From an uncultured Vicinamibacteraceae bacterium (GTDB lineage Bacteria > Acidobacteriota > Vicinamibacteria > Vicinamibacterales > UBA8438), in contig CAZDQD010000071.1 of the NCBI GenBank assembly GCA_964507425.1, forward strand, positions 36,016 to 100,015: a stretch of 64,000 nucleotides of DNA, read 5' to 3'. Positions within the stretch are counted from its first letter, which is position 1. Each line of letters starts with the position of its first letter. This document shows positions 27,216 through 37,425 of the stretch, one piece after another. The notes under the pieces are model-generated. The model did no database searches. It was not told the origin of the DNA and saw only the letters and a list, made by a program, of their open reading frames with translations. Made by a program: the position numbers and the translations under genes.

Positions 27216-29603
27216 ATGGATTCATACGAAACACTGCCAATCGTTCCGCTCAGGGACGTCGTCGTTTTTCCCCACATGATGATGCCATTCGTCATCGGTC
27301 GACCATCCTCAACCAAGGCATTGGAACACGCTCTCTCTCAAGACAAACGAATATTTCTTGCCGCACAAAAGAATGCTGCGAATGATGACCCCAACCCGAA
27401 CGATATTTACAAAATGGGCTGTGTGGCAAGCATCGTTCAAAGTCTTCGTCTTCCAGACGGCAATGTGAAAGTTCTTGTCGAAGGTATAGATCGAGCACGC
27501 ACAATCGAATGGAAGGAAGACAAAGGCTTCTATCGTGTCGTCGCGAAGGTTATCGCTAAACAAACAGAACTGGATGACAACCTTGAAGAAACGATGAGCA
27601 AAGTTGTTTCAACGTTTGAGCAATACGTCAAACTTTCGAACAACCTTCAATACGACGCCATGATTGCTGCGGTCCGTGTTAATGACCCAGACAAACTTGC
27701 CGACACAGTTGCTGCTCATCTTGTTGTTGGTGTTGAAGAAAAACAAAATTTACTCGAAATCGTTACGCCACTTGAGCGGCTTATCCGCATCGGTAGCATT
27801 CTAGAAAATGAAATTGACAAACTTCAGGTTGACAGGCGAATTCAATCTCGCGTCAAGAAGCAGATGGAGAAAGCTCAAAAAGAGTACTACTTGAACGAGA
27901 AGATGAAAGCCATCCAGAAAGAGCTTGGTAGTAAAGAAGGTGGCTCTAGCGAACTCGACGAACTCAGAAAAAACATAAAAGCCAGCAAAATGCCTAAAGA
28001 CGTCGAGGAAAAAGCGACGCAAGAGCTTAAACGGCTCGAGGCGATGCCACCTACTTCTGCCGAAGCAACCGTCTCTAGAAACTACCTCGATTGGCTGATC
28101 GCGGTGCCTTGGTTTAAACGGAGCCGAGAAAGTAGAAACCTAGAGCGTGCGGAAACTATTCTAAATGATGACCATTATGGCCTCGATAAGATCAAGGAGC
28201 GCATTCTAGAATTCCTCGCTGTTAGATCACTCGTTCGGAAACCGAAAGGCACCATTCTCACCCTGACCGGCCCTCCAGGGGTTGGTAAAACTTCGCTTGC
28301 CAAATCAATCGCTCGAGCCACAAATAGAAAATTTGTCCGTCTGTCTTTAGGTGGCGTGAGAGACGAAGCTGAAGTCAGAGGACATAGACGAACTTACATC
28401 GGTGCGTTTCCAGGCCAGATCATTCAGATGATGAAAAAGGCGGGCACCGTCAATCCGGTTTTTCTGCTCGACGAAGTAGATAAAATGTCGATGGATTTTC
28501 GTGGTGATCCGTCAGCAGCACTACTCGAGGTATTAGACCCAGAACAAAACAACGCCTTCTTGGACCACTACCTTGATGCTGAATACGACCTGTCGAATGT
28601 CATGTTTATTTGCACCGCTAACGTGCTACACACTGTTCCACAGGCTCTTCGAGATCGAATGGAAGTCCTACAACTTTCGGGATACACAGACCTTGAAAAA
28701 ATAGAAATCGGCAAACGTTTCTTAACGCCAAAGACACTCACGGCGACGGGGTTAACCGATAAGAATGCCACCTTTAGCGATGATGCCTACGAAACAATAA
28801 TTCGTCGTTACACGCGAGAAGCTGGCGTTCGAAGCCTTGAACGTGAAATCGCGTCAATCTGTCGCAAAGTAGCCCGTAAAGTCGTCTCAGAAGGTAAGAA
28901 GTACAAAGACCAAATAACCGGTGAAAAAATAACAGATTTTCTCGGGGTCCCAAAATACAGACCGACAGGTGCTGAAAAAACAAATGAAATTGGAATTGCA
29001 ACTGGACTTGCATGGACCGAAGCTGGTGGAGAGCTTCTATTGACCGAATCTACTTTGATGCCGGGCAAGGGGCAATTAACACTTACTGGGAAACTCGGCG
29101 ATGTTATGCAAGAGTCAGCCCAGGCAGCGATGAGTTATGTCAGAGCCAAGGCTGAAGAATTCGGGATACCCAAGGAATTCAACAAGAAAACAGACGTCCA
29201 CGTTCACGTTCCAGAAGGTGCCATTCCAAAAGACGGACCTTCAGCTGGCATCACAATCACGACTGCACTGGTATCGACACTCACCCGTATACCGACGCGA
29301 CGTGACGTTGCAATGACTGGAGAAATCACCTTGCGTGGCAAGGTTCTCCCAATAGGCGGTGTGAAAGAAAAAGTTCTTGCAGCACATCGTGCAAATCTCA
29401 AAACTATCATTCTCCCAAAAGATAACGAAAAGGACATAGCGGACATTCCTGAAAAAGTGCTGGAGACTCTCGATCTCTATATGGTTGACACAATGGATGA
29501 GGTATTGAAGATTGCGTTGGTGGAGCCCTTCACCCCCACAATGTCTTCAGCTCAGGACGAGTCCTCGATCGACGCGGCGACTGATGAACACGTTACACAC
29601 TAG
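27216..29603 (+). CDS. lon: Lon protease
   Basis: Start moved to ATG 27216 ([14 protein letters not shown]); GPPGVGKT, catalytic PKDGPSAG and the conserved Lys in GGVKEK. Confidence 0.97.
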   Translation: MDSYETLPIVPLRDVVVFPHMMMPFVIGRPSSTKALEHALSQDKRIFLAAQKNAANDDPNPNDIYKMGCVASIVQSLRLPDGNVKVLVEGIDRARTIEWKEDKGFYRVVAKVIAKQTELDDNLEETMSKVVSTFEQYVKLSNNLQYDAMIAAVRVNDPDKLADTVAAHLVVGVEEKQNLLEIVTPLERLIRIGSILENEIDKLQVDRRIQSRVKKQMEKAQKEYYLNEKMKAIQKELGSKEGGSSELDELRKNIKASKMPKDVEEKATQELKRLEAMPPTSAEATVSRNYLDWLIAVPWFKRSRESRNLERAETILNDDHYGLDKIKERILEFLAVRSLVRKPKGTILTLTGPPGVGKTSLAKSIARATNRKFVRLSLGGVRDEAEVRGHRRTYIGAFPGQIIQMMKKAGTVNPVFLLDEVDKMSMDFRGDPSAALLEVLDPEQNNAFLDHYLDAEYDLSNVMFICTANVLHTVPQALRDRMEVLQLSGYTDLEKIEIGKRFLTPKTLTATGLTDKNATFSDDAYETIIRRYTREAGVRSLEREIASICRKVARKVVSEGKKYKDQITGEKITDFLGVPKYRPTGAEKTNEIGIATGLAWTEAGGELLLTESTLMPGKGQLTLTGKLGDVMQESAQAAMSYVRAKAEEFGIPKEFNKKTDVHVHVPEGAIPKDGPSAGITITTALVSTLTRIPTRRDVAMTGEITLRGKVLPIGGVKEKVLAAHRANLKTIILPKDNEKDIADIPEKVLETLDLYMVDTMDEVLKIALVEPFTPTMSSAQDESSIDAATDEHVTH

Positions 29604-29678
29604 AGTGAACAGGTCGGTAAAAGTCCACCTGTAAACTTGTTTCAAAATTCGGAAATGGGCACGGCTTAGTAAAACCAC

Positions 29679-30308
29679 GTGAAGATCGCTAAAGCCGAGT
29701 TTGTCACCAGCATACCGGTCGGCGGGAAGCTGCCGCCCGACATTGGACCAACCGTGGTGATGGTGGGACGGTCCAATGTCGGAAAATCAACTTTAATTAA
29801 CGCACTCACACGGCAAAAGGTTGCCCGTTCTGGTTCAAAGCCGGGAACCACTAGACTGGTAAACCTCTACAGAGTTCACACTTCCTCACCCAATCGTGAC
29901 ATACCGAACCGACTAACTTTCGCAGATCTTCCAGGCTATGGCTTTGCAAGAGGTGGTGAAGCAACAAGAAATGAATTCTCAGTTTTAACCAAAGAGTTCT
30001 TCAACAACATGCAAGATATGTCTCGAGAAAACCGCTCAAATATAGGACCGTCGCTAGTTGCAGCAATCCTCGTCGTCGACGGTCGACACCCTGGACTTGA
30101 AAGCGACATCACAGCCCATCAATGGATTGAAGACAATAATTACCCGTGCGTCATAGTTACAACCAAGAATGATCGACTCACACGAAGTGAACAAATTAAA
30201 ATGACCAGAGAGCACAAAAATGTCTTTAGGCGTGAAATCGTTGCTATTTCGGGAAAAAAAGCCACAGGCATCGGAGTTATATGGTCAGCCCTATCTCGCT
30301 TGGTATAA
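29679..30308 (+). CDS. yihA: Ribosome biogenesis GTPase YihA/EngB/YsxC
   Basis: GRSNVGKST, KPGTT, DLPGYG, TKND; follows lon. Confidence 0.92.
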   Translation: MKIAKAEFVTSIPVGGKLPPDIGPTVVMVGRSNVGKSTLINALTRQKVARSGSKPGTTRLVNLYRVHTSSPNRDIPNRLTFADLPGYGFARGGEATRNEFSVLTKEFFNNMQDMSRENRSNIGPSLVAAILVVDGRHPGLESDITAHQWIEDNNYPCVIVTTKNDRLTRSEQIKMTREHKNVFRREIVAISGKKATGIGVIWSALSRLV

Positions 30309-30309
30309 T
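30301..30309 (+). promoter_or_regulatory. Extended -10 promoter element for rpmE
   Basis: TGGTATAAT overlapping the yihA stop, 36 bp before the rpmE start; RBS TAAGGAG. Confidence 0.55.
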
Positions 30310-30345
30310 GAGCAGCTTATTGTTGTGTCGTAAGGAGCATTAGCA

Positions 30346-30585
30346 GTGAAAACAGGCATTCACCCGGAATACCACGAAGTACAGGCACGTTGCGCTTGCG
30401 GCGCTACCTGGACTACACACTCTACAAAGTCCGAGCTGAAACTAGAGATTTGCTCAAGCTGTCATCCGTTCTTCACCGGCCGTCAAAAACTCGTAGATAC
30501 CGAGGGGCGTGTTGAACGGTTCACGAAGAAATATGGCAAGGTCACCGTAGAAAACAGAAAACAACAGCAGCAATCAAATCGATAG
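30346..30585 (+). CDS. rpmE: 50S ribosomal protein L31, zinc-binding (C+) type
   Basis: [32 protein letters not shown]. Confidence 0.97.
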   Translation: MKTGIHPEYHEVQARCACGATWTTHSTKSELKLEICSSCHPFFTGRQKLVDTEGRVERFTKKYGKVTVENRKQQQQSNR

Positions 30586-30714
30586 CAACTCTTATGTTCT
30601 GATAAGGGCCAATCTAGACGGTTCGGGTTACACACTTGACCTTTTCAACTGATTGCGGTGTTTTGAAAAGTCCAATACAAACACGAACTTTCGAAGGCTA
30701 AGAGACACCTGGAG

Positions 30715-31491
30715 CTAGAACAGTGATTTCGATTGGCACCCGTCAACCGTAACCGATGCACCACTTATCCAGCTAGCACGAGCGGAGGCCAGAAACGCCA
30801 CGACAGCGCCCACCTCTTCGGCGCGTCCAAATCGACCAAACGGAAGATGCTCTCGGACGAACTCTTTCATGGCCTCTGGGTCCGACTGCTGCCGTCGATG
30901 CCAAGTACCTCCTGGAAAAGAAATAGAACCAGGCGCAACGCTATTTACACGAATGTTGTCTGCCGCCAGCTGCTGTGCCATCGATTTAGCTAAGCTAATT
31001 TCGGAAGCCTTTACGGCGTTATAAGTCATACGTCCCCCAGATTCTCTGCCCCAAATAGAAGCAATCATCAGAATGACTCCGCCTCCTCGTTTCCTTAAAT
31101 GTGGCACCGCCAACCTCGAGGCGCGTATGGCCGGAAAGAGCGTCTCGTTAAACGCAGATTGCCATTCGTCATCCGTTGTCTCCACCACTCCACTTCCACC
31201 AGCGCGTCCAACATTGTTCACTAGTATGTCCAGTCCACCGTAAATCTCAGTAGCCTTTTGAATAACGTGTTCAACCCCACTAGCTTCAGCAAGATCCGCA
31301 CTCACAGCTAGCACACGACTCTCATCTGAGCGCACCTTCAATTCCTTCGCCGAAGCCTCCAACTGCGCTTTACCTCTGGCGCAAATAACAACACTGCACC
31401 CTTCATCTAGTAGGGCCCGAGCTGACGCCAACCCAAGCCCACGACTCGAGCCTGTAATAACTGCCACTTTGTTCGTAAGTTCTAAATCCAT
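30715..31491 (-). CDS. Short-chain dehydrogenase/reductase
   Basis: TGSSRGLG, LVNNVG, YNAVK, RVNSVAPG. Confidence 0.92.
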   Translation of the reverse strand: MDLELTNKVAVITGSSRGLGLASARALLDEGCSVVICARGKAQLEASAKELKVRSDESRVLAVSADLAEASGVEHVIQKATEIYGGLDILVNNVGRAGGSGVVETTDDEWQSAFNETLFPAIRASRLAVPHLRKRGGGVILMIASIWGRESGGRMTYNAVKASEISLAKSMAQQLAADNIRVNSVAPGSISFPGGTWHRRQQSDPEAMKEFVREHLPFGRFGRAEEVGAVVAFLASARASWISGASVTVDGCQSKSLF

Positions 31492-31512
31492 ATTTGCAAT
31501 CTGGTAGTACTT

Positions 31513-32373
31513 CTACCTGCTACTACGATCATTTAAGTTCCAATCAAATGGTTGATACGAAACGCTAAACAAATTTTCAGCCAAAAACGCTTGTTCGCTT
31601 GGATACAAAACAGGTTCAATTAAATTAATCATGGCTCGTTCAATCGGCGCTCGTCCAGATTCCAACCATCCACGATCGGCATAATGGTCAATAAACTGCT
31701 CGCTTCGCCAACCAATGATCTCATTCATACGAAGAGACTGCGCCCTTTGGTCAAGTACGACGCCCCAAGGTTCCGTGGCAAACTCCTCCACAGCTGCTGT
31801 AAGCTGTTGATCTAGCCTCATTTCCTCGTAGACTTCGCTCCGCAAACGCCCGCTCCCCAACGCGCCTCTTCCCAACGCAAGAAATACGCGCGGATCACCG
31901 AAGGCCGCCAGGACACCTTGCTCAAGGCTATCAAGCGTCATATCGTGACCGGCCACGCGATGAGTCCGCCGGTCGAAAGCACCTGGTATTTGGCGAATAC
32001 TGTTCGATGGGTATTCAGGAGAATGACCTCTAATAGGATAGTGGTCGAGCACTGTTTGGACTACCAACGCGTTATAACTATTCAACCAGAAAGCCATCTT
32101 GCGCGCCGGCGACCAAACTCCGAAATCGGCTGGACTGCTACTTCGTCCGTCTACGTAGCGATCAACGACCGCGCGATCTACTCGAAGAAGGGAGCTATAG
32201 TCCACAAATCCATCCCGCACATAAAGATTTAGCACGCTGTCGAATGATTCGTCTCCATCTGATTGTGCGGATAAGGGACTAAAAACCAAAAGCCCAGCAA
32301 CACAATAAACAGTTGTTGCAGCTACCAGACAGAAGGTCCAAACGTATCGTCTACAGGTTGGATGATTTATCAT
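31513..32373 (-). CDS. DUF547-domain secreted protein
   Basis: VDY, AFWLNSYNALV, TLDSLE, DPRV..AL, C-terminal FDWNLND. Confidence 0.8.
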   Translation of the reverse strand: MINHPTCRRYVWTFCLVAATTVYCVAGLLVFSPLSAQSDGDESFDSVLNLYVRDGFVDYSSLLRVDRAVVDRYVDGRSSSPADFGVWSPARKMAFWLNSYNALVVQTVLDHYPIRGHSPEYPSNSIRQIPGAFDRRTHRVAGHDMTLDSLEQGVLAAFGDPRVFLALGRGALGSGRLRSEVYEEMRLDQQLTAAVEEFATEPWGVVLDQRAQSLRMNEIIGWRSEQFIDHYADRGWLESGRAPIERAMINLIEPVLYPSEQAFLAENLFSVSYQPFDWNLNDRSSR

Positions 32374-32412
32374 TCGTGCTCAACAGACCCGGCATGATAC
32401 AACAGGCACAGG

Positions 32413-32763
32413 ATGCTACGAGCTGCAGCTTTAGGAATGTTCTTGTACGGCTTACATGATGCTGTCAGCGCCATTGCCTTGTTTTGGGGAGAGGACCCTC
32501 TGCCTTGGTGGGCCAACCTGTGGAGGCTGGCTGCGGGTTTAATTCTCACTTTGGCCGCGGCATTCGTCCGAGCATCACTTCCTGGCGGCATAGCGCTGGC
32601 GTTTGCCGGACTACTTGGTCTGCAAGCTATCAGTCTTCATAACGACACGTATTACTATGGCGAACTATTGCTGGCACCACAAATAGGGAGGGCGGCCTAC
32701 GCTGTACTTCTAGTAACGATGGCACACCTCGGTTGGGATAGCACTGAGCAACCAACTTCTTGA
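32413..32763 (+). CDS. Small hypothetical integral membrane protein (about 4 TM segments)
   Basis: Hydrophobic ORF that fills the gap between the DUF547 gene and nrdJ. Confidence 0.6.
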   Translation: MLRAAALGMFLYGLHDAVSAIALFWGEDPLPWWANLWRLAAGLILTLAAAFVRASLPGGIALAFAGLLGLQAISLHNDTYYYGELLLAPQIGRAAYAVLLVTMAHLGWDSTEQPTS

Positions 32764-32803
32764 GAATAATGTAACCCAGCGCGATCCACCACCGGTCGGC
32801 CTG

Positions 32804-35617
32804 TTAGGCGCACCCGCTCGTTGCGCCGCAGTTCACACATTTGTAACAGGCGCCATTTCTGATCATGATCGCTCCACATGTGGAACACGGCGGTGCATCT
32901 TGGTCATTTTGTATCGCAAACGGTGTCGTACTACTGGCGTTCTGGTCAGACATGGCCTGCTGAGCATCGCCTGATAGAACTTCATCCGACTCCGATGCCT
33001 CAGACGTTACTTTCGAGGCCTCTCCGTCACCCGATTCAGGCACAATAGGATCACTAACGTTCACACCGGCGTGAAATTGCGCTTCGTTCGACAAAAATTT
33101 CGTCGCCATCCAGCGAAAGATGTAATCAACTATCGACTTAGCAACGCGAACATCACGATTCTTAGTCATCCCCGCCGGTTCGAAACGAACGTGACTGAAC
33201 TTATCAACTAAAACCTGAAGTGGCACGCCATATTGCAACGCATACGAAACTGCCTGAGCAAATGCATCTGCGAACCCAGATATCGTTGATCCTTCCTTTG
33301 CCATTACAAGAAATATTTCTCCCGGCGAACCATCTTCAAACAATCCGACCGTGATGTAACCCTCGTGTCCTGCTATATCGAACTTGTGAGTAATCGCTTG
33401 CCGTTCATCAGGCAATTTTCGACGGACCGGCTGACCTGGCTGAGACGAAACTGCTTCCTCGGCCGTCTCTCTCGCCGTGTTAAGCGGTTGAGTCCTCTTG
33501 CTACCGTCTCTGTATATCGACACTGCTTTGGTGCCCAGCCTCCACGCGTCGACATACGCCTGTTCAACATCCTCGATGGTCGCATCCGTCGGCACATTGA
33601 TTGTTTTTGAAATGGCACCAGAAATAAATGGCTGTGTCGCCCCGATCATTTTTACGTGTCCCATGTAATGGATCGAGCGTGATCCATTCGCGGCCTTAAA
33701 AGCACAGTCGAAAACGGCTAAATGTTTCTTTTCTATGTGAGGCGCACCTTCAATCGTTTCATGTTCATCGATGTATTGAATAATTCCGTTGACTTGCTCC
33801 TCTGTATAACCCAGACGAGCCAGTGCCATCGGTACCGTCTGATTTACGATCTTCATCAAACCGCCACCGACAAGTTTTTTATATTTAACGAGAGCGATGT
33901 CGGGTTCCACACCCGTGGTATCACAATCCATCATGAATCCGATGGTGCCAGTAGGCGCCAAAACAGTGGCCTGAGCATTCCGGTAGCCATTCGACTCACC
34001 CAACTCAATCACGTCATCCCACGCCTCGTTCGCGGCTCCATAAAGATCATCCGGTACGTTCGCTGACTCAACGTCCTTCATCGCATCCCGATGTTTACGC
34101 ATCACTCGAAGAAACGGCTCTTCGTTTTTCACGTATCCACCAAATGGGCCCCCACAATCACGTGCTATACGTGCCGACTGCGCATAGGCTTCGCCAGTCA
34201 TCAACGCCGTGATCGCCGCCGCATAATCACGTCCCTCATCGCTGTCGTACGGCAAACCACGGGACATCAGCAACGCACCGAGGTTCGCGTAACCTAGCCC
34301 AAGAGGACGATAATCATGACTGTTACGGCCGATCGATGGCGTCGGATAACTCGCATTTTGGACGATAATTTCTTGTGCCGTAATCAACGTACGAACAGCA
34401 CCTCGAAATGCTTCAACGTCAAATTCACTCGTATTCTGATCAACAAATTCCATAAGGTTGAGCGAGGCCAAATTACATGCAGAATCGTCGAGAAACATGT
34501 ACTCTGAGCAGGGATTCGATGCATTAATCCTGGCCGTATTTGGGCAGGTATGCCAATCGTTGATCGTCGTATCGAACTGCATGCCAGGATCACCACACAC
34601 GTGCGTGCCTTCCGAAATCATGTGTAGTAGATCATGGGCCTTATAGGTATCCATGACACGATTGTCTGTAATCGCGCGGGTGTGCCATTCTCCGCCGTCA
34701 AGAGCCGCCCGCATGAAATCGTCAGTCACTCGAACACTATTGTTAGAATTTTGAAAGAATACCGAAGCGTAGGCAGGTCCCGTAAATGAACCATCGTAGC
34801 CCGCATCTATTAACGCCCAGGCCTTTCTCTCTTCATCCACCTTGCAATTGATAAAGTCTGCTATGTCTGGGTGCTCGGCGTTTAGGATCACCATTTTTGC
34901 AGCTCGTCTCGTTTTACCGCCCGATTTAATTACGCCGGCAAACGCGTCATAGCCCTTCATGAATGAAACCGGTCCTGAGGCCGTCCCGCCACCGCCAAGA
35001 CCTTCCCGAGAAGAACGTATAGCCGACAGATTGCTGCCTGTTCCTGAGCCAAACTTAAATAGCATGCCTTCTGTTTTGGCTAGGGTGAGGATTGATTCCA
35101 TCGTGTCATCAACGGAATTTATGAAACAGGCCGAGCATTGCGGCGCTTCCTCAAAACCGCAATTAAACCAAACGGGACTGTTAAACGCCGCCTTTTGCCG
35201 AACAAGGAGAGACTTTAAGTCATCACTAAAAGCACTGAGGTCATCTCCCGTGGCGAAATAATCTTGCTCCCTGGCCCAGTTTGTAATCGTCTCAACAACC
35301 CGCCCTATAAGCTGACGAACACTATTTTCTCGTTCCGGCGCTCCCAGTTGCCCCCTGAAGTATTTAGAAACAACAATGTTCGTCGCCGTCTGAGACCATT
35401 CTTTTGGGATATCAACGTCTCGTTGCTCAAAAACAACATCCCCTCGCTCGTTCCCGATGACAGCATCCCTTGTTTCCCATTCAAGCTCATCAAAAGGATC
35501 TAGCTCCTTCTGGCTAAACATCCGCTGGAATTCAAGACCCGGGCCACGTGGCTCGACTGTTTCTTCAGTTGTATTTGAAAACTGTGAGCCAGATTCATGA
35601 GCAGCAGCTCTCGGCAT
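32804..35617 (-). CDS. nrdJ: Class II (adenosylcobalamin-dependent) ribonucleotide reductase with fused TSCPD domain and C-terminal Cys-rich tail
   Basis: FNSPVWFN, SACF, NPCSE, APTGT, ISKT.N, YRDGSK; tail CSTC..CYKCVNCGATSGC; ATG 35617 follows GGAGGTG. Confidence 0.95.
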   Translation of the reverse strand: MPRAAAHESGSQFSNTTEETVEPRGPGLEFQRMFSQKELDPFDELEWETRDAVIGNERGDVVFEQRDVDIPKEWSQTATNIVVSKYFRGQLGAPERENSVRQLIGRVVETITNWAREQDYFATGDDLSAFSDDLKSLLVRQKAAFNSPVWFNCGFEEAPQCSACFINSVDDTMESILTLAKTEGMLFKFGSGTGSNLSAIRSSREGLGGGGTASGPVSFMKGYDAFAGVIKSGGKTRRAAKMVILNAEHPDIADFINCKVDEERKAWALIDAGYDGSFTGPAYASVFFQNSNNSVRVTDDFMRAALDGGEWHTRAITDNRVMDTYKAHDLLHMISEGTHVCGDPGMQFDTTINDWHTCPNTARINASNPCSEYMFLDDSACNLASLNLMEFVDQNTSEFDVEAFRGAVRTLITAQEIIVQNASYPTPSIGRNSHDYRPLGLGYANLGALLMSRGLPYDSDEGRDYAAAITALMTGEAYAQSARIARDCGGPFGGYVKNEEPFLRVMRKHRDAMKDVESANVPDDLYGAANEAWDDVIELGESNGYRNAQATVLAPTGTIGFMMDCDTTGVEPDIALVKYKKLVGGGLMKIVNQTVPMALARLGYTEEQVNGIIQYIDEHETIEGAPHIEKKHLAVFDCAFKAANGSRSIHYMGHVKMIGATQPFISGAISKTINVPTDATIEDVEQAYVDAWRLGTKAVSIYRDGSKRTQPLNTARETAEEAVSSQPGQPVRRKLPDERQAITHKFDIAGHEGYITVGLFEDGSPGEIFLVMAKEGSTISGFADAFAQAVSYALQYGVPLQVLVDKFSHVRFEPAGMTKNRDVRVAKSIVDYIFRWMATKFLSNEAQFHAGVNVSDPIVPESGDGEASKVTSEASESDEVLSGDAQQAMSDQNASSTTPFAIQNDQDAPPCSTCGAIMIRNGACYKCVNCGATSGCA

Positions 35618-35776
35618 CTTCACCTCCGAATGTCACACAGCCAACTCGCCGTCAAGTCAGCTCTACGCAAATAAAACCGCAACTACGCGAGATATAAACC
35701 CAAATACAGATGACCTTGAATTAGTTAGGGAACCGCTACAAACCATTCTGTTCACCGCCGTCGCGCTAAGTTTCTT

Positions 35777-35805
35777 ACTATGAGACTCAAGTCGCCCGCT
35801 GTCAA
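35777..35805 (-). promoter_or_regulatory. sigma70-type promoter for nrdJ
   Basis: Minus strand TTGACA (35805-35800), 17 bp spacer, CATAGT (35782-35777). Confidence 0.6.
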
Positions 35806-35812
35806 GATGAAA

Positions 35813-35859
35813 CCACCAGATATAGTCGATGTTTTTTAACTAGACCCAATATAGAGGTC
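35813..35859. promoter_or_regulatory. Tandem NrdR boxes
   Basis: CCACCAGATATAGTCG (35813-35828) and ACCCAATATAGAGGTC (35844-35859) resemble acaCwAtATaTwGtgt, with 31-bp periodicity, just upstream of the nrdJ -35. Confidence 0.75.
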
Positions 35860-35910
35860 GACAAAACGCAGAAAAAGCGAAACTCCCTGTGCTAGAGTGC
35901 CCCAGTATCG

Positions 35911-36696
35911 ATGATTGATCCTCCTCTTTCCACTCGACAATCTTCCACAGATGAAACCCGCTCTGATCACGAACCAACACCTGGTAGTAAACCATGTAAC
36001 TCGTTAAGGGCTTTATTTGAGGTCATCATCTGCTCTGGATTTCCAACCCAACTCTCGCTTGCTTTGATCTTGAACATGCTTGGCCTCAGCGGCATCAATT
36101 CGCTGGATGGCTCGCTGTCATTTTTATACGTCGTGATACTGTCCATAGCCGACACAATTTTGATCGTCGGATTAATTTGCTATTTCTTATCAGTAAATGG
36201 CGAATCTGTTTGGGAACTAGTCACCGGTGGTCTCTCAATAAGGAAAGAAGCCTTACTAGGCTTAGTGTTGATTCCATTGCTGGTCGTGGGCGCAGCCGGT
36301 GGTCTATTGCTTTTGAGAGCCATCGCACCTGGACTCCACAACATAGCCGAAAATCCACTCGCCTCAATATTGGATAGCCCCACACGCGCCCTTGCTTTTG
36401 GTCTGGTCGCAATCATAGCGGGAGGCATTAGGGAAGAAATGCAGCGGGTTTTTATCCTTCATCGATTCGAACATCATCTGGGCGGCCCGTGGCTTGGGTT
36501 AATAATCTTCAGTACAGCTTTTGGCCTTGGTCACTATGTTCAAGGTTTCGACGCCGCCATTATCACTGGCATCCTTGGGCTAGTCTGGGGATTACTCTAC
36601 CTAAAACGTAGAAGCGCGATCGCCGCAATGGTAAGTCACAGCGGCTTTAACTCGGTCGAAATCATAATCGCTGTTGCTGCTAGCCAATCCTTGTAG
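35911..36696 (+). CDS. CPBP (CAAX/Abi) family intramembrane metalloprotease
   Basis: EExxR (REEMQR), FxxxH (FGLGH), HxxxN (HSGFN); multiple TM segments. Confidence 0.85.
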   Translation: MIDPPLSTRQSSTDETRSDHEPTPGSKPCNSLRALFEVIICSGFPTQLSLALILNMLGLSGINSLDGSLSFLYVVILSIADTILIVGLICYFLSVNGESVWELVTGGLSIRKEALLGLVLIPLLVVGAAGGLLLLRAIAPGLHNIAENPLASILDSPTRALAFGLVAIIAGGIREEMQRVFILHRFEHHLGGPWLGLIIFSTAFGLGHYVQGFDAAIITGILGLVWGLLYLKRRSAIAAMVSHSGFNSVEIIIAVAASQSL

Positions 36697-36717
36697 TGCA
36701 AAACGGATCGGTCAAAC

Positions 36718-37425
36718 CTATGGGTCAAGGAGTGTCACAGTCCCACGACGAATAAGTCCAGATCGCCATTCTCGAATGAGTTCTCCCCGAGATTCTTCCC
36801 AAAACACAGCACGAACTTTATCCTTGACTGATTCAAATCCGGACTGACCTTCACCAAATAGATCTCGGTTAGCCTCATAGTAAGTGCGTACTTCAGATTC
36901 GCTTATTTCCTCCATTGAACCAAAGCGTTCATTCAAATACGCCTCAAGCCTCAAATCGTCGTAAATAATTTCTCTAAGATCGGTAGTATCCAAACCTACA
37001 GTTTCAAGTACGCTCAAAAACTCAGCTTCATTACCAAAACGCGACCGCACCCTGGTTAGTGCCTGGTCGACGAGGTTGTTCGTTGGCGTACCCACGAAAA
37101 ATCGACTTATTTCGTCAAGTGCCAGTCGTCGTTCTATCAATTTCGTCAACATTTGGGAGTCGCGCCCCCGCTCTCCCTCAGCCTGTAACTCGATTAAACC
37201 TAATTCGTCGAAACCTCGAACATCCGAAGCCAATATGACATGACCAGAGACGATCGCAAGAATTCGATCGAGCTCTTGGGCAAACGACAACTGCGCAGCA
37301 GCACCAACCGATAGGCAGAGCACAATGCAGATCTCCCGCACACCAAAGCGCAAGTCGCTAGAAAGCCTGACCGATACTGATGTGGAGCGCCGTAAGCGGT
37401 TCCAACGTTTGATTGTTTTCGTCAC
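36718..37425 (-). CDS. SurA N-terminal-domain-like periplasmic chaperone
   Basis: LDRILAIV.G..ILASDV, L..LIERRL; no parvulin domain; follows the Omp85 gene; true start probably later than 37425. Confidence 0.65.
   Translation of the reverse strand: MTKTIKRWNRLRRSTSVSVRLSSDLRFGVREICIVLCLSVGAAAQLSFAQELDRILAIVSGHVILASDVRGFDELGLIELQAEGERGRDSQMLTKLIERRLALDEISRFFVGTPTNNLVDQALTRVRSRFGNEAEFLSVLETVGLDTTDLREIIYDDLRLEAYLNERFGSMEEISESEVRTYYEANRDLFGEGQSGFESVKDKVRAVFWEESRGELIREWRSGLIRRGTVTLLDP

Noticed and set aside
30641-30670. CTTTTCAA...TTGAAAAG inverted repeat between rpmE and the SDR gene as a terminator
   Set aside because: AT-rich stem with a long loop; too weak to call.
35618-35776. Cobalamin riboswitch ahead of B12-dependent nrdJ
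   Set aside because: No recognisable B12-box or conserved core segments.
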